DNA of 64,000 bases from an uncultured Ignavibacteria bacterium. GTDB taxonomy: Bacteria; Bacteroidota; Ignavibacteria; Tepidaquicellales; Tepidaquicellaceae. Below the pieces are notes generated by a model that was not told where the DNA came from, did not search any database, and saw only the letters and a list, made by a program, of their open reading frames with translations. The stretch covers positions 5,544 to 69,543 of the forward strand of contig CAWIJF010000012.1 of assembly GCA_963836395.1 (NCBI GenBank). The letters are read 5' to 3'. Shown here piece after piece: positions 39,207 to 49,348 of this stretch. The translations under genes were made by a program, and so were the position numbers. Positions within the stretch are counted from its first letter, which is position 1. Each line of letters starts with the position of its first letter.

Positions 39207-39964
39207 TTATAAATTCACTCCGCCTGATACTTCTATCCTTTGTCCGTTTATCCACTTGGCATCGTCAGTACAAAGGAATGCTACAACGCTCCCAATGTCA
39301 TCTGCATTTCCGACTCTTCCCAATGCGTCTGATTCGAAAGATAGGTCTTGATCTGTGGGTTACTCCTTATTATAGCATTGTTGAAATCTGTTTCAATTGG
39401 TCCGGGAGCTACGATGTTTGACCTGATTCCGCGCTGACCGTATTCTTTTGCAACATGCCGCGTAAAGACTTCAAGAGCTGCTTTCAATGAAGAGTAAATT
39501 GAATACCCGTTCACCCAGAAACGCGTGGTTCCTGATGAAATAAAAACAACTCCGCCATTATCATTCATCATCGGCATCGATTTTTGAGTGAGAAAGTAAA
39601 CTCCCTTAAAGTTGGTATCGACTAAATTATCGAAGGCCTCTTCAGTAACTTGTTGTATCGGTATTGTTGCGCCAATACCGGCATTGTTTATCAGGAAGTC
39701 AAATTTCTCCGTGCCCCAGTTCTTTGTAAGCGTGTCTTTTACTTTCAAAAGAAATGTATCAAAAGATTTTATGTCGGATACATCAAGCTGCAATGCAGCG
39801 GCCTTACCTCCGTTACCGGTAATTTCCTGTACAACTTTCTCTGCTTCTTCTTTACTCTTGTGATAGGTCAGGATAACATCAATCCCTTTATTGGCTAATG
39901 AGAGTGCCATGTCTTTTCCCAAACCCCGGCTTCCGCCTGTTACTAATGCTACTTTTTTTGACAT
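39207..39964 (-). CDS. short-chain dehydrogenase/reductase (SDR) family oxidoreductase (one C-terminal frameshift)
   Basis: ORF 39281..39964 (TGGSRGLG, NNAG, YSSLKAAL). The C-terminus DDIGSVVAFLCTDDAKWINGQRIEVSGGVNL-stop (39207-39209) is in a shifted frame. Confidence 0.85.
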
Positions 39965-40033
39965 TTAAGATTTTAATTTATTGTAATGTTCGACTAAAAA
40001 ATTCACATGCTTAAAGTTCATAGATTTCATAGA

Positions 40034-40780
40034 TCACTTCAGCGAATTTAATGCGTCGATTATATCCTGCGGTTCAGCACGGTTCTTATAATCAGCATCT
40101 AAAAAAGCATACCTTATTATTCCGTCTGTATCAATTACATAAGTTGCTGCAAGCGGCAGCTCATTACTCTCGTCTCCGTTGTATGAGTGAAGGTCGAATC
40201 CATTCTGATAAGACTCAGCTACAGGATCAGTCAGTTTAAACACAATGCCGTATTGCTTTGCAACTATATTTCCGACATCACTCAGAACTTCAAATTCCAG
40301 TTGATGCTTTTCTGTTGTGGTAAGAGATTTGTCAGGCAGCTCGGGTGTTAATGCAATGAGATTTGCTCCCGAAGATTTAAAGTTTGGCAATTCCTGCTGC
40401 ATCCTGTGAAGTGTGATATTACAGTAGGGACACCATCCGCCTCTGTACCACATCAGCACAACAGGTCCTTGTTTCAGATAAGCATACAATGATACTTCTT
40501 CACCCAGAGCATTTTTTAATGTGAAATCCGGCGCTGCGTCTCCCGTGTTTTTGGCGCTTTCAAGTATTCCGCTCTTTATTATCGCTTCAATCCCTTCATT
40601 ATAAATCTGTTTCTTTTCTTCGCTTGCTTTGCTTTCAAACTGTTGCTTCTTTGCATCAAGCTCACTCTTTAATGTCGGCTGTGCATCAGTTGAGTTTTCA
40701 CTTCCACTTTCGGATTGGGCATAAATCTTACTGCAGATGCTAACGGCGCATAAGCAGATAATAATAATCAGAATCTTCAT
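40034..40780 (-). CDS. secreted peroxiredoxin-like / AhpC-TSA family thiol-disulfide oxidoreductase
   Basis: 248-aa intact ORF with a signal peptide. The thioredoxin-fold segment is APDFTLKNALGEEVSLYAYLKQGPVVLMWYRGGWCPYCN. Confidence 0.8.
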   Translation of the reverse strand: MKILIIIICLCAVSICSKIYAQSESGSENSTDAQPTLKSELDAKKQQFESKASEEKKQIYNEGIEAIIKSGILESAKNTGDAAPDFTLKNALGEEVSLYAYLKQGPVVLMWYRGGWCPYCNITLHRMQQELPNFKSSGANLIALTPELPDKSLTTTEKHQLEFEVLSDVGNIVAKQYGIVFKLTDPVAESYQNGFDLHSYNGDESNELPLAATYVIDTDGIIRYAFLDADYKNRAEPQDIIDALNSLK

Positions 40781-41013
40781 TATGAAATTTTTATAGTTAA
40801 AACTAATTTACTAAAATTCTTTTAAAGGAAACATTGAGAAAATATAAAATCATCTGCGCGCTTTTGGGTCAAAAACGAAATGTAACGAAAATGAAAGCTC
40901 TCAATTTAACAGGTATAAGCAGATCAACTTTAGCCAACACCCGCCGTCGGTCTCAAAAGGGAGGGTCATTAAGAATTCAATTCATACTTTCAAAATTACT
41001 CACTCTGCTAATG

Positions 41014-43617
41014 CTATTTCAAATATACCATTCTTATTGACTGCGAAAATCCGTTTGCAAAAATTCTAAGGTAATACACCCCGGAGGAATATTCACTTGG
41101 TTTCCATTCAAGCGTATGCTCTCCGGCAACTTCGATTCCTTCAAATAGTGTTTGAATCTTCTCGCCGAGTTCATTGTAAATCACAATCTTTACGTCGCTC
41201 TGTTTCCTGAGTTCGAATCTTATCTTTGTAGACGGATTAAACGGATTTGGATAGTTCTGATGCAAAATAAAATCGCCCGGAACCGAAGAGCTGATATTTT
41301 CAATTCCTACGCTTGCATCAATTGCTTTTGCCTTCCATACCCCGCGTCCTATTGTAGCAATTCTTACGGTTCTGTCCAACGGATGATAATGAATGTCAAA
41401 AGTTCTGGCGATGGGAAGTCCGGTATTGAATTCAAACCAATCCGAACCGCCGGAAGTCGATGCGTAAACTCCGAGATCAGTTGCAAGGTAAATGTGGTCT
41501 CCGTTAAATGGACTTACTGATATTGCGTAGACAAAAATATCAGGTAAATTTCCGGTAATGTTTGTCCATGTTTCTCCAAAGTCAGTAGATTTCTTGACAT
41601 GATCCTGATGAAGATTAGCGCTGTTGCGCGTTGCATACACAACCCCCGATACTGACGGGTCCGGTTCAAGATCGGTAACTCTCCATGTTGGAATGGATGC
41701 ATTGTTTATCTGTATCCAGTTCGTGCCTGAGTTTGTTGATTTCCAGAGTGCCCATGTGGAGTTGTCATAAGCGTGTGCATACATAATTTCTGGATTTAGC
41801 TTATCTATTGCCATTGTAATAATATTTGGAATGTCGGCAATAGGAATCCATAACGAACCGCCGTTAGTTGTTTTATAAATCCTTGCTGCACTTGCAGTAA
41901 ACAATATTGTGTTGTCGGACGGATGCATAATTAATGGAGCAATGAATGTAGCGCTTTCCGTAATTCCGTTTTGAATTGCAAATGTAGATTGCCATGATGC
42001 GCCTCCGTTGGTGCTTTTGTAGTGGGCTCCAAGAAAATAATCTCCGTAAAAAATATTATTATCCGTCGGATCAATAATTACATTCGTACCGTCATTTGTT
42101 GACCATCTCGTCCAGAATATATTTCCGTTTGCATTGTTTAGTTTTTGAAGGCCATGATCCTGAAAGCCGCCGATAATGAGGTTTGTGTCAGTAGCGGAAC
42201 TGGCAATTCTGTAAAGCTGACCGGTGATCAGATCTGCGTTTTTCTTTTCCCACCACAATCCTGCATTTACAGACTTCTGTACGCCGCCGTCATTGAATAT
42301 ATAAATGATGTCCGGATTCGCGGGATCAAAACCTATGTCTGATTGGTCGACGTATGTCTTTCCGAATGAATTGGCCAGGTTGGTTGCCAAAATATCATGC
42401 CGTGTCCAGGTTGTTCCTCCGTTACTTGAACGCCATAATTGAACGCCTCCGTAAAAGATCAGATCCGGATTGTTTGGTGATACAGAGATCACATTCACAT
42501 ACCATCCCTGACATTGAGTCGGAAAATTTGGCTGACATAAAACATTCGGTGCATTTGTAATTTTATTCCATGAACTTCCTCCGTCGGCTGATCTGAATAA
42601 TCCAAGTGATCCGAATGTACTTGCATCGGACATCGAGACATATAAAACATCAGGGTTTGATTTTGAAATGGTCAGGCTTGAGTATCCGATGGCAGGTCCC
42701 GTTGGGAGTCCATTAGACAACAGGCTCCATGTTATCCCTGCATTTGTTGATCTGAAAACACCTTCTGCTTTGATCATGGCATAAATAATGTTCGGTGAAT
42801 TGTTATTAAATTCTATTGTCGAAATATTGCCGTTCCTTAATATTGACCATGAATCTCCGGAGTTTGTTGAAAGCCAGATTCCAATACTGGAAGCCATATA
42901 TACTGAGTCGGCACTTTCGGGCTTCCATCTTAATTTCGAAACTGCGACATTCTGCCCGGTCTGATAATTAAAGGTTGTCTGATACCAGGACAATCCGTTA
43001 TTGGTTGATTTCAAAACTCCGACCCCCGGTCCGATGGTAATACCTGTAAAATTCGCAGTTCCTGTTCCGGCAAGAATTACATTTCTGTTATTAGGATTTA
43101 CTTCAATGTCGGAAATAAGCATTGAAGGCAATTCATCTGTCATTGATGTCCAGTTGTCTCCGCCGTTAATGGTTCTCCAAATCCCGCCCGTTGAAGAGCC
43201 AGCCCAGACGATTTCCGGATCCACAGGATCGAATGCATGACATGTCATTTTGCCGCTGAATGAATCAATGGAGTTAGGACCTAAGTTAATCCAATTCGAC
43301 GCAGGCATTTTATCACCATTGCCGAGATATACAAGCTTGCTTTCCTTATATGTATCCCATCTTTTCTGCTCTGTATAAACTATATCAGAACTCTGATTCA
43401 TTTTACTCATTTCAAAGTTATACTTTTCATGTAAATACTCCTCATATCCTGAACCTTCAATATCACTGTTTTTGGATAAATAATTTTCATAAAAATAAGA
43501 ATCTCGGTAATTAAAAATCTGCTGTGCGGAATTTAATGAGTCAGAATTTTCCTGTGAGTGGCAGAAGCCTGTAAAAAGGAAGGCTAGGCCGGCATAAAGA
43601 ATTAGTTTTAATTTCAT
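41014..43617 (-). CDS. BNR/Asp-box repeat double beta-propeller protein (sortilin/GH74-like) with T9SS C-terminal sorting domain
   Basis: 867-aa intact ORF with a signal peptide. It has about 10 Asp-boxes (STNNGLSW, STNSGDSW, STNAGITW, SADGGSSW, SSNGGTTW, STNGGASW, TTNGGSLW, STNSGTNW, STDFGETW, STSGGSDW). CTD: HQNYPNPFNPSTKIRF...GVYYLRI. Confidence 0.8.
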   Translation of the reverse strand: MKLKLILYAGLAFLFTGFCHSQENSDSLNSAQQIFNYRDSYFYENYLSKNSDIEGSGYEEYLHEKYNFEMSKMNQSSDIVYTEQKRWDTYKESKLVYLGNGDKMPASNWINLGPNSIDSFSGKMTCHAFDPVDPEIVWAGSSTGGIWRTINGGDNWTSMTDELPSMLISDIEVNPNNRNVILAGTGTANFTGITIGPGVGVLKSTNNGLSWYQTTFNYQTGQNVAVSKLRWKPESADSVYMASSIGIWLSTNSGDSWSILRNGNISTIEFNNNSPNIIYAMIKAEGVFRSTNAGITWSLLSNGLPTGPAIGYSSLTISKSNPDVLYVSMSDASTFGSLGLFRSADGGSSWNKITNAPNVLCQPNFPTQCQGWYVNVISVSPNNPDLIFYGGVQLWRSSNGGTTWTRHDILATNLANSFGKTYVDQSDIGFDPANPDIIYIFNDGGVQKSVNAGLWWEKKNADLITGQLYRIASSATDTNLIIGGFQDHGLQKLNNANGNIFWTRWSTNDGTNVIIDPTDNNIFYGDYFLGAHYKSTNGGASWQSTFAIQNGITESATFIAPLIMHPSDNTILFTASAARIYKTTNGGSLWIPIADIPNIITMAIDKLNPEIMYAHAYDNSTWALWKSTNSGTNWIQINNASIPTWRVTDLEPDPSVSGVVYATRNSANLHQDHVKKSTDFGETWTNITGNLPDIFVYAISVSPFNGDHIYLATDLGVYASTSGGSDWFEFNTGLPIARTFDIHYHPLDRTVRIATIGRGVWKAKAIDASVGIENISSSVPGDFILHQNYPNPFNPSTKIRFELRKQSDVKIVIYNELGEKIQTLFEGIEVAGEHTLEWKPSEYSSGVYYLRIFANGFSQSIRMVYLK

Positions 43618-43712
43618 GCGCGTAAGCTGATTAAATTTATATATTTAACTTGTAATATTAGCTGTAATAATTTCACTCATCGAAAAATTATTTTTTGTTA
43701 TTAATTATCTGC

Positions 43713-44921
43713 TCATTTTATTAACAACATTTTTTTTGTCACTGAATGACTGCCAGAAGCATTAGAAATATTTAAAGTAAGCTTATAAAAATAAACCCCG
43801 CCTGCAAGACCGTTTGCATCAAATCCCACACTATAGCTTCCCGGAGAAAGTCTTTCATTTACAATAGTCCGGATTTCTCTTCCCAGTCCGTCATAAATAA
43901 TAAGCTTTACTTCCGACATCTGACCTTTGACATCTGACGGAATATCAAATACAATCTTAGTCGAAGGATTAAACGGGTTAGGATAATTTTGACCTAGAGA
44001 AAAATTTTCCGGAATTGAATTTGATATTTGTTCAACAGACGTACTCTGCACAGGTCTGAACAATATGCTGTTCGGCGCTTGCATATTCCCCTGGCTTGTA
44101 AATATTTTTATGAAATCGCCGGCGGATGTATATTCAACAATTTGATTCCTGCTCCAGTCGCAAATATATAAATTACTGTCCGGACCAAACGCATAGCCCT
44201 CAGCATTCTGCAGACCAGAAATGAATGTTCTGACAAACGCCCCTGTTGATGCATTAAACTGAATCACAGAGCCAAGCACCCAGTCTATCACAAAAAGACT
44301 GCCGTTTCCATCAAACCATAAGTTTGTCGGTCCCTGCAAATGTCCGGATTCATTAAACACTCCGGTAAAGTTTCCTCCTGTATCAAACGTTCTTACATCA
44401 GCGGAACCGTAACAGGCTACATATAGATTTCCGCTTGCATCCCATGTTTGTCCCAGCGGGAGATTCAGCATCGGAGTAAATTCGTCAATGAATTGTCCGC
44501 TGGTTCCGTTGAACCTTGCAACTTTCTGATTTGAGGTTCCCCACTGGCTTACATAAAGATTTCCATCCGGACCAAAAGCGATCTTCGTTGGATTGTTGAG
44601 TGAATATCCGTTTGTAAACGGACCTATAAAATCTCCTGTTGATTTATCATACATTAGTATGTTTGTATTTCCTCTTCCGGAAACAAGTATGTTCCCGCCC
44701 GGGCCTGAGATTACATCCTGCGTTGTGTTTAGTCCTCCGGAAGCAGTTGAAATAAAGTCGTCAATATAATCTCCGGTCTGTGCATTGAATCTTTTCACGG
44801 AGCTGGTGTTGCGGCTGCTAACAAGCATTTCATATTCTGTAGCCTGAGCCGAAATCTGAATCTGTAAAAAAAGTAAAACAGATATGCCAAACAGTAATGT
44901 TATTGAAAAAGGATTTTTCAT
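43713..44921 (-). CDS. NHL/SMP-30-like six-bladed beta-propeller protein with T9SS C-terminal sorting domain
   Basis: The ORF is 43713..44954. The ATG at 44921 is preferred because GGAGGA lies 8 nt upstream. It has a signal peptide and repeated G(P)(D/G)GN(L/I)(Y/F)V blades. CTD: GQNYPNPFNPSTKIVF...GVYFYKL...TKKMLLIK. Confidence 0.8.
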   Translation of the reverse strand: MKNPFSITLLFGISVLLFLQIQISAQATEYEMLVSSRNTSSVKRFNAQTGDYIDDFISTASGGLNTTQDVISGPGGNILVSGRGNTNILMYDKSTGDFIGPFTNGYSLNNPTKIAFGPDGNLYVSQWGTSNQKVARFNGTSGQFIDEFTPMLNLPLGQTWDASGNLYVACYGSADVRTFDTGGNFTGVFNESGHLQGPTNLWFDGNGSLFVIDWVLGSVIQFNASTGAFVRTFISGLQNAEGYAFGPDSNLYICDWSRNQIVEYTSAGDFIKIFTSQGNMQAPNSILFRPVQSTSVEQISNSIPENFSLGQNYPNPFNPSTKIVFDIPSDVKGQMSEVKLIIYDGLGREIRTIVNERLSPGSYSVGFDANGLAGGVYFYKLTLNISNASGSHSVTKKMLLIK

Positions 44922-44957
44922 TTCTTTATCCTCCGGATTATTTTTAGTTGTCAAATT

Positions 44958-46712
44958 CTATTTCGTCAAAAGCATTTTCTTTGTCGCTGTAAAATTCTCA
45001 GTCTGAAGACTGTAAAAATACACACCGCTTGGGAAACTTGTTGCATTAAATTCGACTTCGTAACTTCCCGGTGAAAGACTCTCATTGACAATGGCTTGAA
45101 TCTCTCTTCCAAGTGCATCATAGATCTCAAGCTTTACATTTGACGTCTGACCTTTGACATCTGACGGGACGAAGAATCGAATTTTCGTAGTTGGATTAAA
45201 CGGGTTTGGATAGTTTTGGTTCAATACGAATTCAGCCGGGATTACAGAACCGGTTCGGTTAACACCGCTGATAAAGCCCGCCTCTGATATGGTTATGTTT
45301 CTGTTTACTGATTCATTTACAAAAACATTTGTTTGCCCGTTGATCCATTCGACTTTTATTGAATCAACGAGGGATGCGTTTCCAAGTCCAAAGTGCAGCC
45401 ACAGGTTCTGGCTGTTATAACCTGTTTGTGCTACGACTTCCTGCATTTGCCAGATGCCGTTTGCCTTGATTCTTACTTTAGTTCCAATCGCGGATCTGTT
45501 TGAAATTGTACCGGCTAATTTCATTGTTATCCATTTGTTGCTGTTACCGTTATTCCGGTACAGGAAATTTAGCTGGTTAAGTCTGTTAGCTGCATATATG
45601 TCAAGCTGACCGTCATTATCATAGTCACCGGTTGCGCATCCAAATGAATTTCCACCGTCATTAACAATGTCTCCGGTCGTTACCTTTGTAAATCCGTAGC
45701 CGGGTGGACCTGAATTCAGATACAGAAAATTATTTGAGCCGTCATTTGCCACATACAGATCAAGGTCACCGTCGTTGTCAAAATCTCCCCAGCAGCTTCC
45801 GACAGAGTTAGACGGATCATTTGAAACAATACCCGTATCGATCGGAATGAGAGTAAATCCGGGTGAACCGCTGTTAATATATAATCTGCTTTTTTGATTT
45901 AAGTAGCCTGATGCAAACAAATCAAGATCACCGTCGTTATCAAAGTCTCCCCAGCTGCACCCGAGCGTATTTCGTGCGTCATTCAATGTTGTTTGGGTAA
46001 AAGTCTGGTTGCCGTTGTTAGTAAAAACAAAATCATTTTGTGAGCCCCCGTTGCCGATAAATAAATCTGTCTGACGGTCATTGTTGTAATCACTCCATGC
46101 TCCGACAATTGAAAAATTAGTTCCATCGAGAAGGAATTGGGAAGTGTCCACCTTGGTAAAGGTAAAATCCGGTGTACCGTTATTGTAATAAAATACATCG
46201 TTCTGCTGAAAATTGATTACATGCAGATCTGCATATCCGTCTTTGTTCAGATCAACCCAGTGACTGCTGTTTGAATTAAACATGTCAGTAATAATATTAC
46301 CGGCAGTAATCTTTATAAAAGTAGTGTCACCGTTACCAAGGTATAAAAAATTCCCAAAATTATTTCTGTTTGCCACGAACAAATCAAGGTTGCCGTCATT
46401 ATTATAGTCTGCCCAGGTGCCGCCGATAGATGAGCCGCCGTCATTAACTACAGGTCCGGTTGTTATTTTGATAAAGCTCCCGCTTCTATTATTGAGATAT
46501 AATGAATTGTTCTGGCTTGTTAAATTGCCGTTTGATACAAACAAGTCAAGATAGCCGTCATTGTTGAAATCTACCCAGCAAGCACCGGTACTTTCGAACA
46601 GATCTGTTACTGCGGGATTGTTAGCGCCGGTTATTCTCGTAAATGCCGGCTGGGTATTTCCAAATTTCGTAAAGCAGGATATTACTGTAAAGATTAAACA
46701 TATTGTTTTCAT
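44958..46712 (-). CDS. FG-GAP/VCBS repeat plus ASPIC/UnbV domain protein (CRTAC1 family) with T9SS C-terminal sorting domain
   Basis: 584-aa intact ORF. Repeated DxNNDGxxDLFV(A/G)N units are present. UnbV-like segment: NRSAIGTKVRIKANG...GYNSQNLWLHFGLGNASLVDSIKVEWINGQ. CTD: NQNYPNPFNPTTKIRF. Confidence 0.85.
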   Translation of the reverse strand: MKTICLIFTVISCFTKFGNTQPAFTRITGANNPAVTDLFESTGACWVDFNNDGYLDLFVSNGNLTSQNNSLYLNNRSGSFIKITTGPVVNDGGSSIGGTWADYNNDGNLDLFVANRNNFGNFLYLGNGDTTFIKITAGNIITDMFNSNSSHWVDLNKDGYADLHVINFQQNDVFYYNNGTPDFTFTKVDTSQFLLDGTNFSIVGAWSDYNNDRQTDLFIGNGGSQNDFVFTNNGNQTFTQTTLNDARNTLGCSWGDFDNDGDLDLFASGYLNQKSRLYINSGSPGFTLIPIDTGIVSNDPSNSVGSCWGDFDNDGDLDLYVANDGSNNFLYLNSGPPGYGFTKVTTGDIVNDGGNSFGCATGDYDNDGQLDIYAANRLNQLNFLYRNNGNSNKWITMKLAGTISNRSAIGTKVRIKANGIWQMQEVVAQTGYNSQNLWLHFGLGNASLVDSIKVEWINGQTNVFVNESVNRNITISEAGFISGVNRTGSVIPAEFVLNQNYPNPFNPTTKIRFFVPSDVKGQTSNVKLEIYDALGREIQAIVNESLSPGSYEVEFNATSFPSGVYFYSLQTENFTATKKMLLTK

Positions 46713-46852
46713 GGTTTTATAGTTAAAAAGTTTTTTGTTTAATTTCTGATTTTAGAGCTTTTAAAAGCTAATGTCAATCATATGAATTACAGATACAGAT
46801 ACTGTTTATGTCAAATTTTCGAAGCATTAAGTTCTTTATAATAAAATGGAAA

Positions 46853-48652
46853 TTATTTTAAAACGACCATTTTTTTTGTATTAGAAAAATTGCCGCTTGA
46901 CAGCTTGTAAAAATAGACGCCACCCGGTAAACTACTTGCATCAAATTTATATTTATATGTACCCGGAGTCAGATTCGTATTTATTAATGTCATGATTTCC
47001 TTTCCAATCATATCATAAATTTTCAATGTAACAAATCCCAATTGTGAAATTTCAAATTCCAAATTTGTAGAAGGATTAAACGGGTTGGGATAGTTCTGAT
47101 AAAGAATAAAATTATCCGGAACTTCAGAGCTTATTATATTAATGCCGGACATGATCGGATTCAATCCCTGACCCTCTACTGCATTGTAAAACTCCTTCAC
47201 GGATACATTAGCATAACTTTCTCTCAGTCCGTTTGGCCAACGGATTTCCAGAGAGTCAATGATCTGTGCATCACCAAGTCCGAAATGAACCCGCAGGTCA
47301 TTCTGTCCCTGAAAGGTATTTTGAGCATTGACTTCGCGCATTTGACTGACTGAGCTTCCGTTAATGTTCGCTTTGACTCTGACTATGGCCCCCAAAGAAG
47401 ACTTGTTGGAAATTGTCCCTGTCAGTTTTATGTTTACCCAGTTAAGACCGCTTCCGCTTAATAAGTTTTGGTATAATCCTACTGAGGAAGTATTTCCTAT
47501 ATTACCAATGCCGTTAATAAAGACATCTAGGTCTCCGTCATTATCATAATCACAGTTGGTTACGCTGCACACAGCTGTCTGAGTTGTTAGACCGCCTGAA
47601 AGAAATGTAAAAGTGCCATTACCATTGTTCTGATAATATCTGGTGATGTCATTATCGTTTGTTATTATGACATCAAGATCTCCGTCGTTGTCATAATCAC
47701 CCCAGCAGTTGGCGATGTTAGTTGTAGCTGTGCTGAACGGCGTTGATAAAACTGAGTATGTGCCTCCTGTATTTAGATAAAGCCTCGTCGGTGCGCTGAA
47801 ATAATTTGTAAGACACAGATCGAGATCACCGTCATTGTCAAAGTCTATGAAATTGTAACACTGCCCGTCCTGTTGCTGCTGGGCAAACAATTCGGATGTC
47901 ATTCTTACCAGAGTATCATTGCCTGTCTCGATCAATAGATTTTTGTAACAAAGGTCCAGTGCAGTCGATCCGTTTGCCGGACCGTTGGAAATAAACAGAT
48001 CCATGTCCCCGTCAAGATCATAATCGCTCCAGAAGGGATTAGTGTAGGAGCTGAATGACTGTGAAAAAGGATAGCTCGTGTTTTCTGTCATGCTGAATAC
48101 AGAAGTATCCGGCTGAAAGTAAAGTTTACAGGTCTGCGGGCTGTACGGAGGATGAAATCCGTTGGCATGCGTAAAAATAATATCAAGCGAAGAATTGTTG
48201 TCGGCATTTCCTGCGGCACAAGCCCAGCTTCCGTAAGCTGAGAGTCCGGGAACTAAATTACCTGCATTGATAAATATTCCCGTTCCGTCGTTAAGAAATA
48301 CTCTTGAAGGTGTGCATGCAATTATGCAGTCGTTGTCCCCGTCGTTGTCAATGTCTGCCAGACTGGAGCCGGCAATCGCAACTAAGAAATTAAAATTAAG
48401 CGCATTGGAAAGTATGAAATTTCCGTTGCCTGTGTTTATAAATAGGGTTCGGGGTGAAACAACCAGATCGGGGAGATTATCATTATTTACATCAGCAAAG
48501 GAAGCTCCTACATAAGGATAAATGGTTGTGTACTGCGAGACAGCATTTTGCGGATCAGTAACCTTCTCCCAGGCAAGTTGTGAAAACGCCTGAGAGCGTG
48601 TGAATAACAGCAGAAAGAACAAAGCGGTTTTGAATTTTTTAGAGTTAAGCAT
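46853..48652 (-). CDS. FG-GAP/VCBS repeat plus ASPIC/UnbV domain protein (CRTAC1 family) with T9SS C-terminal sorting domain
   Basis: 599-aa intact ORF, a paralogue of the previous gene (DYDNDGDLDV, NKSSLGAIVRVKAN...FQGQNDLRVHFGLGDAQIIDSLEIRWPNG). CTD: YQNYPNPFNPSTNLEF. Its start is 11 nt after the TetR stop. Confidence 0.85.
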   Translation of the reverse strand: MLNSKKFKTALFFLLLFTRSQAFSQLAWEKVTDPQNAVSQYTTIYPYVGASFADVNNDNLPDLVVSPRTLFINTGNGNFILSNALNFNFLVAIAGSSLADIDNDGDNDCIIACTPSRVFLNDGTGIFINAGNLVPGLSAYGSWACAAGNADNNSSLDIIFTHANGFHPPYSPQTCKLYFQPDTSVFSMTENTSYPFSQSFSSYTNPFWSDYDLDGDMDLFISNGPANGSTALDLCYKNLLIETGNDTLVRMTSELFAQQQQDGQCYNFIDFDNDGDLDLCLTNYFSAPTRLYLNTGGTYSVLSTPFSTATTNIANCWGDYDNDGDLDVIITNDNDITRYYQNNGNGTFTFLSGGLTTQTAVCSVTNCDYDNDGDLDVFINGIGNIGNTSSVGLYQNLLSGSGLNWVNIKLTGTISNKSSLGAIVRVKANINGSSVSQMREVNAQNTFQGQNDLRVHFGLGDAQIIDSLEIRWPNGLRESYANVSVKEFYNAVEGQGLNPIMSGINIISSEVPDNFILYQNYPNPFNPSTNLEFEISQLGFVTLKIYDMIGKEIMTLINTNLTPGTYKYKFDASSLPGGVYFYKLSSGNFSNTKKMVVLK

Positions 48653-48663
48653 ATGGGGTTAAT

Positions 48664-49272
48664 TTATTTTTTAAAAAGAAGATCGATATAATCGTTTACT
48701 ATTTTTCTTGCTTTTTTCTTTTCCATATAGGAATCAGGTCCGATAAAATGCAGACGGTATATTCCGTTTGTTAATGCAAGCAGGTGTAACATTATTTCAT
48801 AAGGGACAGCGCCTTCTACCAGCAGCTTTTTCTTTTTAGCTGATGTTAATGTCCCTAATATTGTGGATTCTGTAGTCCTGTTCATATATGCTGTTACAGG
48901 TAAGGCAAACTTCCTCGGATCATGTTCGATCCGAAACCATCGGAGTTTTATGAAGCTTCTGTATCTCTCATTATCAAAAAAGTTATCTATAATATTTCCT
49001 AAAATCATCCGGAGCTGTGTCTTCTCGTCATTGTTTACATCCATTACTGATTTTAGTGAATCTATCCTTTGTGACTGTTCCTTTTGTATAATGCTTTTGA
49101 AAAGATCGTCCTTATCCTTAAAATGCCAGTAAAAGGCTCCTCTTGTCAGTTTCAATGATTTTACAACATCTTCCACAGTTGTCTGTGAATATCCTTTTTC
49201 AAGAAAAATATACAATGCCGCTTCAATAATTTTCTCCTTCGTCGCTTCTGAATCTTCCTTGGTTCTTCTCAT
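48664..49272 (-). CDS. TetR/AcrR family transcriptional regulator
   Basis: 202-aa intact ORF with the N-terminal HTH KEKIIEAALYIFLEKGYSQTTVEDVVKSLKLTRGAFYWHFKDK. Confidence 0.9.
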   Translation of the reverse strand: MRRTKEDSEATKEKIIEAALYIFLEKGYSQTTVEDVVKSLKLTRGAFYWHFKDKDDLFKSIIQKEQSQRIDSLKSVMDVNNDEKTQLRMILGNIIDNFFDNERYRSFIKLRWFRIEHDPRKFALPVTAYMNRTTESTILGTLTSAKKKKLLVEGAVPYEIMLHLLALTNGIYRLHFIGPDSYMEKKKARKIVNDYIDLLFKK

Positions 49273-49287
49273 TTTTAAATAAGTTGA

Positions 49288-49313
49288 TTATACATACGTG
49301 AATGTATGTATAA
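49288..49313. promoter_or_regulatory. perfect 10-6-10 inverted repeat, candidate TetR operator
   Basis: TTATACATAC gtgaat GTATGTATAA lies 16 nt upstream of the TetR start codon. Confidence 0.6.
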
Positions 49314-49348
49314 AGTTGCCGTCTTTCAATACCTAAATTATTAAGACG

